This document shows, piece after piece, positions 16,408-23,966 of a stretch of 32,000 bases of DNA. Position 1 is the stretch's first letter; every line of letters begins with the position of its first letter. Below the pieces are notes generated by a model. It was not told the origin of the DNA and did no database searches. It saw only the letters and a list, made by a program, of their open reading frames with translations. Both the position numbers and the translations under genes were made by a program. Source of the stretch: an uncultured bacterium (GTDB lineage Bacteria > Patescibacteriota > Gracilibacteria > UBA1369 > PNNO01); assembly GCA_963704705.1 (NCBI GenBank), contig OY969931.1, positions 210,001-242,000 on the forward strand, in the 5' to 3' direction.

Positions 16408-16785
16408 ATGAAACGTTCTTTTGTTTATATTGGAAATATATTTGGAATTATAATCGGTCTTATTGGGCTTGAAGCGCCTTATTTATATGGCGGAGTTATT
16501 GCTGTCGGATTAGGCTCTCTTTTGGATCCTGCACTTTTACAACCTTTGTATATTGGCCTTATGGTTCTTGCTGTTGTTGGTCAGTTTTATAAAGTAAAGG
16601 AAAGTATGGCATTTATGCCCTTGATACTACAGGCAGTTATTGGAATTGTTTCATTTATTTTTATATTTCCTGTTCGAATAGACATTGTTGGATATCTTGG
16701 AATTTTAGGTTTGATTTATATTCTTGTTTGGCCTTTTATAAGCAAACAACTTAATAAAAGGAAAGTAGTAAAAATTAAAGCTTAA
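16408..16785 (+). CDS. Small hydrophobic membrane protein (about 4 TM), unknown function
   Basis: Track ORF of 125 aa, almost entirely hydrophobic (FVYIGNIFGIIIGLIGL..., LYIGLMVLAVVGQF..., VIGIVSFIFIFPV..., LGILGLIYILVWPFI) with a basic tail KQLNKRKVVKIKA. Its stop is 2 nt before the amrS ATG. Confidence 0.6.
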   Translation: MKRSFVYIGNIFGIIIGLIGLEAPYLYGGVIAVGLGSLLDPALLQPLYIGLMVLAVVGQFYKVKESMAFMPLILQAVIGIVSFIFIFPVRIDIVGYLGILGLIYILVWPFISKQLNKRKVVKIKA

Positions 16786-16787
16786 AG

Positions 16788-17804
16788 ATGCATAAATGCA
16801 TTCTTTACAAAAAAAAGGATGAAAAAAAAGTGGAGTGTCAGGCATGTAATTGGTATTGTAATATTCCAGACGGCTTAACGGGCATTTGCGGTGTAAGGCA
16901 AAATAAAGGCGGGGATTTGTATTTGCTTGTTTATGGTAAAGCGATTGCGGTCCATGTGGATAATGTTGAAAAAAAGCCATTATTTCATTTCTTGCCAGGC
17001 ACAAAAATTTTTAGTTTTGGAACAATTGGCTGCAATTTTCATTGTTTGTTTTGTCAGAATTGGGATATTTCGCAGGTTCGTTTAAAAAATGAAAGCGAGG
17101 TTACTGGAGAAGATTTATCACCTAAAGAAGCGGTTAAATATTGTCTGGAAAATGATATACCTTCTATTGCCTACACATATAACGAGCCAGCCATATTTTT
17201 TGAATATGCTTATGACACAGCAAAGCTCGCGCACAAGCATGGTATTAAAAATGTTTTTGTTTCAAATGGATATGAATCAAAAGAGGCTTTGAAAAAAATT
17301 CATCCTTATCTTGATGCTATAAATATCGATCTAAAAGGTTTTACTAAAGAATTTTATCAGGATATTTGCAGTGCAAAGCTTGAGCCTGTTCTTGAAAACA
17401 TCAAAAGAACTTATGAAATGGGAATCTGGCTTGAAGTAACGACTCTTGTGATTCCGGGCAAAAACGATTCCGATGAAGAACTTACAAAAATTGCAGAATT
17501 TATAGCTGGGGTTTCAAAAGAAATTCCCTGGCATGTAACAGCTTTTTATCCACAATATAAAATGATGGACACGCCTCCGACTTCATCTGAAACATTGGAA
17601 AGAGCTTATAAAATAGGCAAGAAAGCAGGATTAAATTATGTTTATACAGGTAATATCCCTGGCATGGAAGCGGAAAGCACGCATTGCCCGAAGTGCAAAG
17701 AAATAATTATTAAACGTTTTGGTCTTGATTGCGAATCGTGTAATGTTGATAAAGAAGGTAAATGTAAAAATTGTAAAACTAAAATCCCAGGTGTATGGAA
17801 ATAA
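16788..17804 (+). CDS. amrS: AmmeMemoRadiSam system radical SAM enzyme
   Basis: The N-terminal Cys cluster is CQACNWYCNIPDGLTGICGVRQN. EKKPLFHFLPG and the radical SAM motif GCNFHCLFCQNWDIS (CxxxCxxC) follow. The C-terminal Cys-rich tail is CPKCKEIIIKRFGLDCESCNVDKEGKCKNC. Confidence 0.9.
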   Translation: MHKCILYKKKDEKKVECQACNWYCNIPDGLTGICGVRQNKGGDLYLLVYGKAIAVHVDNVEKKPLFHFLPGTKIFSFGTIGCNFHCLFCQNWDISQVRLKNESEVTGEDLSPKEAVKYCLENDIPSIAYTYNEPAIFFEYAYDTAKLAHKHGIKNVFVSNGYESKEALKKIHPYLDAINIDLKGFTKEFYQDICSAKLEPVLENIKRTYEMGIWLEVTTLVIPGKNDSDEELTKIAEFIAGVSKEIPWHVTAFYPQYKMMDTPPTSSETLERAYKIGKKAGLNYVYTGNIPGMEAESTHCPKCKEIIIKRFGLDCESCNVDKEGKCKNCKTKIPGVWK

Positions 17805-18568
17805 CAAGAAAACCAGCAGTAGCAGATGCGTTTTATCCGGCTGATCCGAAAATATTGGGTCGAATGATAGATGACTATTTGGATGATTGTGCAAAGCCAG
17901 ATATTAAAGGTGAAATAAAGGCAATTATTGTGCCGCATGCAGGATATGTTTATTCGGGGGTTGTTGCAGCAGCAGGTTATAATTTAATAAAAAATCATCC
18001 TGCTAAAAAAGTTTTATTAATTGGGCCTTCACATTATGTTTTGTTTAAGGGCGCTGCTGTGCCGGAATCAACAATCTGGCAAATGCCTTTTGGGAATATC
18101 AATGTTCAGCGGCTTCCCACCAGCACACTTATAGTAGAAGATGAAGCCCCATTTGTTGAGGAGCATTCATTGGAAGTGCAGGTGCCTTTTTTGCAAAGGG
18201 TGATGGGGGATTTTGAGCTTTATCCTTTGTGTTTGGGTGATGTTAACTCGCAAGCTTTGGCAAATGAGCTTAAAGATTTTGCGCAGCGCGATGATGTTTT
18301 GATAGTTGTTAGCTCTGATTTAAGCCATTTTTATACTTATACTGAAGCCAATGATTTGGATAAACGTGCAAATGAATTTCTTCCAAAGCTCGATATTGAA
18401 AATGCCCGCAATGTTGAAGCGTGCGGAATAAAAGGAATCATGACTTTGCTTCATTTGGCTAAAATGTTTGGTCTAAAAGGTTACTTTATTGATTATAAAA
18501 ATTCCGGTGACACAGCCGGTGAAAAAAGCCGTGTTGTTGGCTATGGATGTTATGCTTTTACAAAATAA
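17795..18568 (+). CDS. amrB: AmmeMemoRadiSam system protein B (MEMO1 family)
   Basis: RKPAVADAFYPADP, AIIVPHAGYVYSG, LIGPSHY, EHSLEVQVPFLQ and SSDLSHF are MEMO-family signatures. It overlaps amrS by 10 nt. Confidence 0.9.
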   Translation: MEITRKPAVADAFYPADPKILGRMIDDYLDDCAKPDIKGEIKAIIVPHAGYVYSGVVAAAGYNLIKNHPAKKVLLIGPSHYVLFKGAAVPESTIWQMPFGNINVQRLPTSTLIVEDEAPFVEEHSLEVQVPFLQRVMGDFELYPLCLGDVNSQALANELKDFAQRDDVLIVVSSDLSHFYTYTEANDLDKRANEFLPKLDIENARNVEACGIKGIMTLLHLAKMFGLKGYFIDYKNSGDTAGEKSRVVGYGCYAFTK

Positions 18569-18571
18569 ATC

Positions 18572-19096
18572 ATGGAAAAAATTCAGCAATATAAATTAAA
18601 GGAACTTGCCCATAACACAATTGCAGCCGAACTTGGCGTTGAAGAATTAAAAGATTGGAAATTTGAAGAACCTGAATTTAATGAGAAGCGCGGAGTTTTT
18701 GTAACTCTTGATATTGAAGGTTCACTTCGCGGTTGTATTGGCAATATCGAACCTGTTTATCCTTTGTGGGAAGCTGTTAAACGCAATGCTTACGAGGCCG
18801 CGTTTGGAGATCCAAGATTTTCGCCACTTACTGAAGATGAATTTGAGATGATCGATATTGAGATTTCGATTTTGACTGTTCCGGAGCTGTCGTCGGTAGA
18901 CAAAATCCGTCCCGGGACGGATGGAGTAGTCATTGAACAGGGAGGCTACAAAGCAACTTATTTGCCCCAAGTGTGGGAAGACATTCCAAATATGGAGGAT
19001 TTTTTGTCGAGTCTTTGCATGAAGGCTGGTTTGGATTCTGGCGCTTGGCACGATGAAGAAACCAAGGTTTATACTTATCAGGTTGAGAAGTTTTAA
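18572..19096 (+). CDS. amrA: AmmeMemoRadiSam system protein A (AMMECR1 domain)
   Basis: RGVFVTLDIEGSLRGCIGNIEP, AFGDPRFSPL, ISILT and GVVIEQGGYKATYLPQVWE make up the canonical AMMECR1 core, including the LRGCIG motif. Confidence 0.9.
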   Translation: MEKIQQYKLKELAHNTIAAELGVEELKDWKFEEPEFNEKRGVFVTLDIEGSLRGCIGNIEPVYPLWEAVKRNAYEAAFGDPRFSPLTEDEFEMIDIEISILTVPELSSVDKIRPGTDGVVIEQGGYKATYLPQVWEDIPNMEDFLSSLCMKAGLDSGAWHDEETKVYTYQVEKF

Positions 19097-19620
19097 GTCA
19101 ATTTATCCTTACCTTTATTAGCAGCTCTTGCCAGTACGAATAATAAATCAGAGAGTCTATTTAGATATGGCAGAGTATTTTCGAATAAATGCTGATTTTC
19201 TGACAGTTTTACACAAGTTCTTTCTGCACGGCGGCAAACAGTTCGTGCCATGTGGATTGAGCAGGCTGATTTTGTTCCTCCCGGGAGGAGAAATTGATGT
19301 AATTTTGGCAGTCCTTTGCTGAATTTATCAATTATTTTTTCTAAATCACGCACTTTACCTAAATCAAATTTTGGTAGAACTTCATGGAGATCTTTTTTAT
19401 ATGTTGCAACATGTGATCCCAAAATAAACAAATCGCGCTGAACCGACTCTAACACCTTTTTTATAAGCCTTGATCTCGTAATTGCAATCGCAAACCCGAT
19501 TGCTGAGCTTAATTCATCAATATCGCCATAGGCTGCAACACGCAACGAACTTTTGCTAACTTTTTCGCCGTCGCATAAAGAAGTTTTGCCTTTGTCTCCT
19601 GTTTTGGTGTATATTTTCAT
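19093..19620 (-). CDS. ATP:cob(I)alamin adenosyltransferase, PduO/MMAB type
   Basis: MKIYTKTGDKGKTSLCDGEKVSKSSLRVAAYGDIDELSSAIG, FLLPGG and ARTVCRRAER are present. The length is 175 aa. Its stop codon shares the palindrome TTAA (19093-19096) with the amrA stop. Confidence 0.9.
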   Translation of the reverse strand: MKIYTKTGDKGKTSLCDGEKVSKSSLRVAAYGDIDELSSAIGFAIAITRSRLIKKVLESVQRDLFILGSHVATYKKDLHEVLPKFDLGKVRDLEKIIDKFSKGLPKLHQFLLPGGTKSACSIHMARTVCRRAERTCVKLSENQHLFENTLPYLNRLSDLLFVLARAANKGKDKLT

Positions 19621-19636
19621 ACCAAAATGTTAAAAT

Positions 19637-19685
19637 ATCACTCGGTAATCTGCAATCACCGAGTGATCCGCAATCACCCAGTGAT
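19637..19685. promoter_or_regulatory. Three-arm repeat element in the adenosyltransferase / folE divergent intergenic region
   Basis: Arm 1 is atcactcggt (19637-19646) and arm 2 is accgagtgat (19658-19667). They form a perfect 10-bp inverted repeat around an 11-nt spacer. The 16-mer gcaatcaccgagtgat (19652-19667) recurs 18 nt later as gcaatcacccagtgat (19670-19685, 15/16 identical). This gives a third arm that can also pair with arm 1. Confidence 0.6.
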
Positions 19686-19701
19686 TTAAACCTACTTTAC
19701 T

Positions 19702-20256
19702 ATGGATAAAGATAAAATCAAAGAATTTACACGCGACTTTATTAAATATATTGGTGATGATCCAGACCGCGAAGGTCTTAAAGATACACCTGACCGTTTT
19801 GCTAAGGCATGGGATAAGCTTTATTCGGGTTATAAACTTAAGCCCGAAGATGTGCTCACTGTTTTTGATGATGAAAAATATGATGAGATGATTGTTGTTA
19901 AGGATATCGAATTTTATAGTACTTGCGAGCACCATTTGATTCCTTTTTACGGCAAGGTTCATGTTGGATATATCCCGAATGGTAAAATAATTGGTCTATC
20001 AAAAATTCCGCGAATTGTCGAAATTTTTTCGCGTCGTTTACAAAATCAGGAGCGCCTTACTTTTCAGATTGCCGATGCTTTGGATAAAGCTTTGCAGCCA
20101 AAAGGCGTTGGCGTGATTATTGAAGGCAAACATATGTGCATGATGGCGCGCGGCGTTGAAAAGCAAAATACTGTTGTTACAACATCTTCTGTTAAAGGTT
20201 TATTTAAATCTAATGATAAAACCCGTTCAGAATTCTTAAGACATTTAGAACGTTAA
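19702..20256 (+). CDS. folE: GTP cyclohydrolase I (FolE type IA)
   Basis: GLKDTPDRFAKAW, YSTCEHHLIPFYGKVHVGYIPNGKIIGLSKIPRIVEIFSRRLQNQERLT and EGKHMCMMARGV are present. The Zn-binding Cys and His residues are conserved. Confidence 0.95.
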   Translation: MDKDKIKEFTRDFIKYIGDDPDREGLKDTPDRFAKAWDKLYSGYKLKPEDVLTVFDDEKYDEMIVVKDIEFYSTCEHHLIPFYGKVHVGYIPNGKIIGLSKIPRIVEIFSRRLQNQERLTFQIADALDKALQPKGVGVIIEGKHMCMMARGVEKQNTVVTTSSVKGLFKSNDKTRSEFLRHLER

Positions 20257-20259
20257 TAT

Positions 20260-20856
20260 ATGCTTCCTGCTTCGTTACAAAAACTCATTGATGAACTTGC
20301 AAGACTTCCGGGTATTGGCCCGAAGTCAGCTCAAAGACTTGCTGTTTTTTTGCTTCGATCTCCGCATCAGAGAATACAACCTTTAGGGGAAGCACTTTTA
20401 AATTTAAAAGACGGATTGGCGTTTTGTGAAGAGTGCTGGCATGTAACTGAAGAGTCGCCTTGTAATATTTGTTCTGATCCCGGGCGCGAAACTCACAGAG
20501 TTTGCATTGTTGAAGATGTACTTGATGTAATTGCAATTGAAAGAACAGGAAAATATAAAGGTTTGTACCATGTTCTTCATGGGGTTTTATCTCCGGTTGA
20601 CGGCATTTCAGCTGATCAATTGAAAATTGCAGAGCTTTTTAGCCGCGTTGATAAAAATCCTGAAATAAATGAAATAATTTTAGCGACAAATCCAAGTCTG
20701 GAAGGGGAAGCTACCGCACTTTACATCCAAAAACACTTTGTTGACAACAATATTAAGATAACAAGAATCGCCAGAGGTCTGCCTATCGGATCAGATTTAG
20801 AATACGCTGATTCGGTAACGCTTGGGAAAGCGCTTCTAAATCGAACGGATTATTAG
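20260..20856 (+). CDS. recR: Recombination protein RecR
   Basis: The helix-hairpin-helix is LIDELARLPGIGPKSAQRLAVFLL and the C4 zinc finger is CEECWHVTEESPCNIC. The Toprim domain includes VCIVEDVLDVIAIE and ILATNPSLEGEATALY. The C-terminal part reads GLPIGSDLEYADSVTLGKAL. It starts 3 nt after folE. Confidence 0.95.
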   Translation: MLPASLQKLIDELARLPGIGPKSAQRLAVFLLRSPHQRIQPLGEALLNLKDGLAFCEECWHVTEESPCNICSDPGRETHRVCIVEDVLDVIAIERTGKYKGLYHVLHGVLSPVDGISADQLKIAELFSRVDKNPEINEIILATNPSLEGEATALYIQKHFVDNNIKITRIARGLPIGSDLEYADSVTLGKALLNRTDY

Positions 20857-21640
20857 AAAGCGCAAAAACAGCAGTGCCTGAGCCGCAAAGCATTACCTGG
20901 TTTGCGCCGTTTTCAAGCAGTTTACTTTTAATTTCTTCAAATCCTGCACCAGCAAAATTTTCAAAATCATTATGAATATTTTCAAAAACATCTTTTGTTG
21001 AATTTGATTCAACGCTTGCGAGCATTTTTTTAGTTTGTCCTGTATTGGCTCCGCACTGTGATAAATCGATCTTGTTATACATTAATTTTGTTGATTTTCG
21101 AAGCTGCGGAATAACAAGTATTTTATATTTTTCAGTCCAGCCGCTTAATAATAAAAGCCGGGGCAAAATTTTGATTTTTTCTCCATAGTTAGTTGCGTAA
21201 GCTGTTTCATTTTCAATGAAATACGGAACATCTTTTCCGATTCCCGCACCGATTTCACGCATTTCATCAAGGCTCAGTTTCATTATTTCCAAAGAATTCA
21301 AAGCCGTAATAATTGCTGCCGCATCACTGCTTCCACCGCCTAAGCCCGCGCCGAGCGGGATTATTTTATCAATAATAATGTCGTAGTCATGCTTAAATTC
21401 CCAGTTTTTATTTAAAGCTTTTATGGCTTCTGCAACTGTATTATTTTGAGGGTCGATCAGCTTGGCTTCGTTACCTCTAAAGCGTACGTTAAATTTACCA
21501 TCACCTTTTTCCTGTGAAATCATTATCTCATCCATAACAGGAATTTGCTGCATGATTGTTTGAATCTGATGATATCCGTTTTCATCTTTTTTAAGAATAT
21601 CCAGAGCCAGATTTACTTTTGCGAATGCGTATTTAATCAT
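20783..21640 (-). CDS. ispE: 4-diphosphocytidyl-2-C-methyl-D-erythritol kinase
   Basis: FAKVNLALDILKKDENGYHQIQTIMQQI and the GHMP kinase motif IPLGAGLGGGSSDAAA are present. The length is 285 aa. The 3' end overlaps the convergent recR by 74 nt. Confidence 0.9.
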   Translation of the reverse strand: MIKYAFAKVNLALDILKKDENGYHQIQTIMQQIPVMDEIMISQEKGDGKFNVRFRGNEAKLIDPQNNTVAEAIKALNKNWEFKHDYDIIIDKIIPLGAGLGGGSSDAAAIITALNSLEIMKLSLDEMREIGAGIGKDVPYFIENETAYATNYGEKIKILPRLLLLSGWTEKYKILVIPQLRKSTKLMYNKIDLSQCGANTGQTKKMLASVESNSTKDVFENIHNDFENFAGAGFEEIKSKLLENGANQVMLCGSGTAVFALSNNPFDLEALSQALPNQRILNLIR

Positions 21641-22814
21641 TTTTTTTTAAAGAAACAATACAGTAACATTGTAAGCCTTTTCCTTTGCCAAACGAAGTTA
21701 AATTTTCACCTGAAGTAGATATAATCCCTATTCTCATTTCCGGAATATCACATAAATTCGCAAGGTTGGCTTTAAGTTTTGGTGATATTAAGTCGATTTT
21801 TGGACGTTTGCCTTCTATCATACAGCCGATATTGTTAATCGAGTATCCGCGTTTGTTTACTTTTTTTAGAATTTTATATAGATAATTTCTGCTGTCTTTT
21901 ATTTTTTTAACTTTGCACCATTTATCAGCAAAAGCTCCCAATGATTTTTCGCCAATTGCCTGTAGTAAGCCATTGCACAACGCATGTAGTAAAACATCGC
22001 CATCTGAGTTTCCTTGTAATTTATTCTCATTTTTAAATTCAAGTCCGCCCAAAATTAAATTTCCGGTATCATCGAATTCATGGCTGTCCTGGCCGATTCC
22101 AACAAGATAATCAGAGGGAAGGTCTCCAAGTGCATGACGTACAAATTCATAATCTTCAATGGTAGTAACTTTTATGTTATGTTCGGATGCCGGTACATGA
22201 TAAACATGATGGCCCGCGGTTTCTACCAATTGGGCTTCGTCAGTCATATCAATATAATCTGCGCCAACTTTTGTAAGTGAATCTTTTAAAATTTTATATG
22301 TAAAAATTTGAGGGGTTTGAGCCAGTTTGAATTTTTCACGATCATGGCTTTTATGGATTTTAGTTTGGTTTATTTCTTTTAAAGTTGGTTTAACAGGATG
22401 CGTAACAATGCAAGCACCTTTTGAAGCAGCCTTTTTTATGCATTTTTCGATTTCCTCAAAACTAACAATCGGATTAGCACCGTTATGTATCAAAATCAGA
22501 TCTTTTAATTTAGGTTTTATGTATCTTGAAATATATTGGATTCCGTTTAGCACGCTTTCGGCCCGGGTGCCTCCGCCCGGAACCAATTTTATATTTTTTT
22601 TATTCCCCGGAAAGTATGCTTTTAGCATTTTTTCAACGGGCTTTTTAAGTTTTCGATTAATAACAATAACAATCCGATCTACTTTTGGGTGATCGTAAAA
22701 ATTAACAATCGTATGATATAAAAGCGGTTTATTATGTATTGGCAAAAGTAGTTTAGGGATTTTACCATCCATTCTTTTACTTTCACCTGCTGCTGCAATA
22801 AGTGCGATATTCAT
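21633..22814 (-). CDS. ispDF: Bifunctional IspD/IspF (MEP cytidylyltransferase / MEcPP synthase)
   Basis: The N-terminal IspD part reads IALIAAAGESKRMDGKIPKLLLPIHNKPLLYHT. The C-terminal IspF part reads VGIGQDSHEF...GNSDGDVLLHALCNGLLQA...GYSINNIGCMIEGKRPK. It overlaps ispE by 8 nt. Confidence 0.93.
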   Translation of the reverse strand: MNIALIAAAGESKRMDGKIPKLLLPIHNKPLLYHTIVNFYDHPKVDRIVIVINRKLKKPVEKMLKAYFPGNKKNIKLVPGGGTRAESVLNGIQYISRYIKPKLKDLILIHNGANPIVSFEEIEKCIKKAASKGACIVTHPVKPTLKEINQTKIHKSHDREKFKLAQTPQIFTYKILKDSLTKVGADYIDMTDEAQLVETAGHHVYHVPASEHNIKVTTIEDYEFVRHALGDLPSDYLVGIGQDSHEFDDTGNLILGGLEFKNENKLQGNSDGDVLLHALCNGLLQAIGEKSLGAFADKWCKVKKIKDSRNYLYKILKKVNKRGYSINNIGCMIEGKRPKIDLISPKLKANLANLCDIPEMRIGIISTSGENLTSFGKGKGLQCYCIVSLKKND

Positions 22815-22834
22815 ATTTGTATTTTAGAAGATTG

Positions 22835-22865
22835 CCTCGCGGAGCGCAAATGCGCTCGCGCGAGG
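22835..22865. other. 31-nt GC-rich near-perfect palindrome (14-bp stem with one bulge)
   Basis: The sequence is cctcgcg-gagcgca-aa-tgcgctc-g-cgcgagg. It lies between the stop of the small ORF (22872) and the ispDF start (22814). No U-tract follows it on the transcribed (minus) strand. Confidence 0.7.
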
Positions 22866-22871
22866 ACTTGA

Positions 22872-23141
22872 TCACCGGCTTTTCTTTTCTTTCTCCTCCG
22901 GGAACACCCATCTTCGAATTATTGGAATTGTTATCAGGATCATGAAGATGACTAACAGTGCCAGGCAGTTACTGACTGTGGCTTGTTTGTCTTTCCACAG
23001 AATGTAAAGTGTCAGACAGTACACGCCGGTGCCAACAAAGAATCTTGGTGGCAGCACCTCGTTACGCAGCATCAGGTATACAAAACCCAATGCTACCAAA
23101 GCTACTCCAATGTACAGAAGTTGATTCGGATTGAAATCCAT
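22872..23141 (-). CDS. Small membrane protein (3 predicted TM), unknown function; compositionally atypical
   Basis: Track ORF of 89 aa: LLYIGVALVALGFVYLML, FFVGTGVYCLTLYILW, CLALLVIFMILITIPII, then a basic tail EEKEKKSR. It is the only gene in the window with a strong Shine-Dalgarno motif (GGGAGGG at 23157..23151, 9 nt before the ATG). My hand count gives about 44% GC, against about 33% in a 240-nt sample of the adjacent ispDF. Confidence 0.55.
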   Translation of the reverse strand: MDFNPNQLLYIGVALVALGFVYLMLRNEVLPPRFFVGTGVYCLTLYILWKDKQATVSNCLALLVIFMILITIPIIRRWVFPEEKEKKSR

Positions 23142-23255
23142 GTTTTTTGTCCCTCCCGAATGATGTTAAAGAGCTTGAAGCCGCGAAAGTTTGTTTTCAG
23201 CTGCAAAAGAGCGAAGCACAAAACTTGATCAATAATACTACATTTTATTTAAAAG

Positions 23256-23966
23256 TCAACTGCTCTTTTTTCCTATAATAACACCAAATCTTCCGGTTCC
23301 TTCCAAATTAATATCACCTCTATACGAAAAATATTTGTCAGTATTGCAGGCAGTACATAATTCCGCAATATAAATATTTGATTCATCAACACCTTGGTCC
23401 ATACATTGTTTTTTTGTTGCTTTCCAAAAATCCACATGATTTTTATCATCGATAAATTCATGCAACTCTTTCGGCAATTCATTGTATGGGTCACTGAATT
23501 CAGCATGACACGGCCCTAAAGAAGGCGAAACATCAACTTTAATATTTGCGGCATTGCATCCAAAATCATCAATCATTTTTCTAATTACTTTTCCAACAAT
23601 ATTCTGCGCTGACCCTTTCCATCCATTGTGTACATTGGCAATAACTCCGCGCTTCTCATCCCAAATCATAACAGCCTGGCAATCCGCGACCTGAATCATT
23701 AAAAACCTACCGGCTAAATCAGTAATCATTGCATCATATCCATCGATTTCTCCATGCACACTTTCATCAACTTTTAATATCCGGTCACCGTGAATCTGAT
23801 TTAGGCTGATTAGCTGCCCCATATCAATTCCAAGTTCAGCACAAATTCGCTGCCTGTTCTCCAGAACATCATCTTCATTATCTCCAATCCCAAACCTAAC
23901 ATTTAAAGAGTCAAAAGGTTCGTGGCTAATGCCTCCGTTGCGTGTAAAAGTTTTTTTAATAATCAT
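23256..23966 (-). CDS. pgeF: Peptidoglycan editing factor PgeF / YfiH (DUF152, laccase-domain) family protein
   Basis: SLNQIHGDRILKVDE, ADCQAVMIWD, VHNGWKGSAQNIV and GPCHAEF are the conserved His/Cys/His constellation motifs of the YfiH family. Confidence 0.85.
   Translation of the reverse strand: MIIKKTFTRNGGISHEPFDSLNVRFGIGDNEDDVLENRQRICAELGIDMGQLISLNQIHGDRILKVDESVHGEIDGYDAMITDLAGRFLMIQVADCQAVMIWDEKRGVIANVHNGWKGSAQNIVGKVIRKMIDDFGCNAANIKVDVSPSLGPCHAEFSDPYNELPKELHEFIDDKNHVDFWKATKKQCMDQGVDESNIYIAELCTACNTDKYFSYRGDINLEGTGRFGVIIGKKSS

Noticed and set aside
19621-19701. A preQ1 or THF riboswitch upstream of folE.
   Set aside because: The preQ1-I hallmarks (a short hairpin followed by a CCC-containing loop and an A-rich tail ending near the RBS) and the larger THF fold are not recognisable. 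The element is better described as three repeated arms.
22983-23228. A plus-strand 81-aa ORF competing with the minus-strand 89-aa ORF in the GC-richer islet.
   Set aside because: The minus-strand ORF is preferred. It encodes three clean hydrophobic helices, has an SD motif at the correct spacing, and is co-directional with the flanking operon. The plus-strand product has no features.
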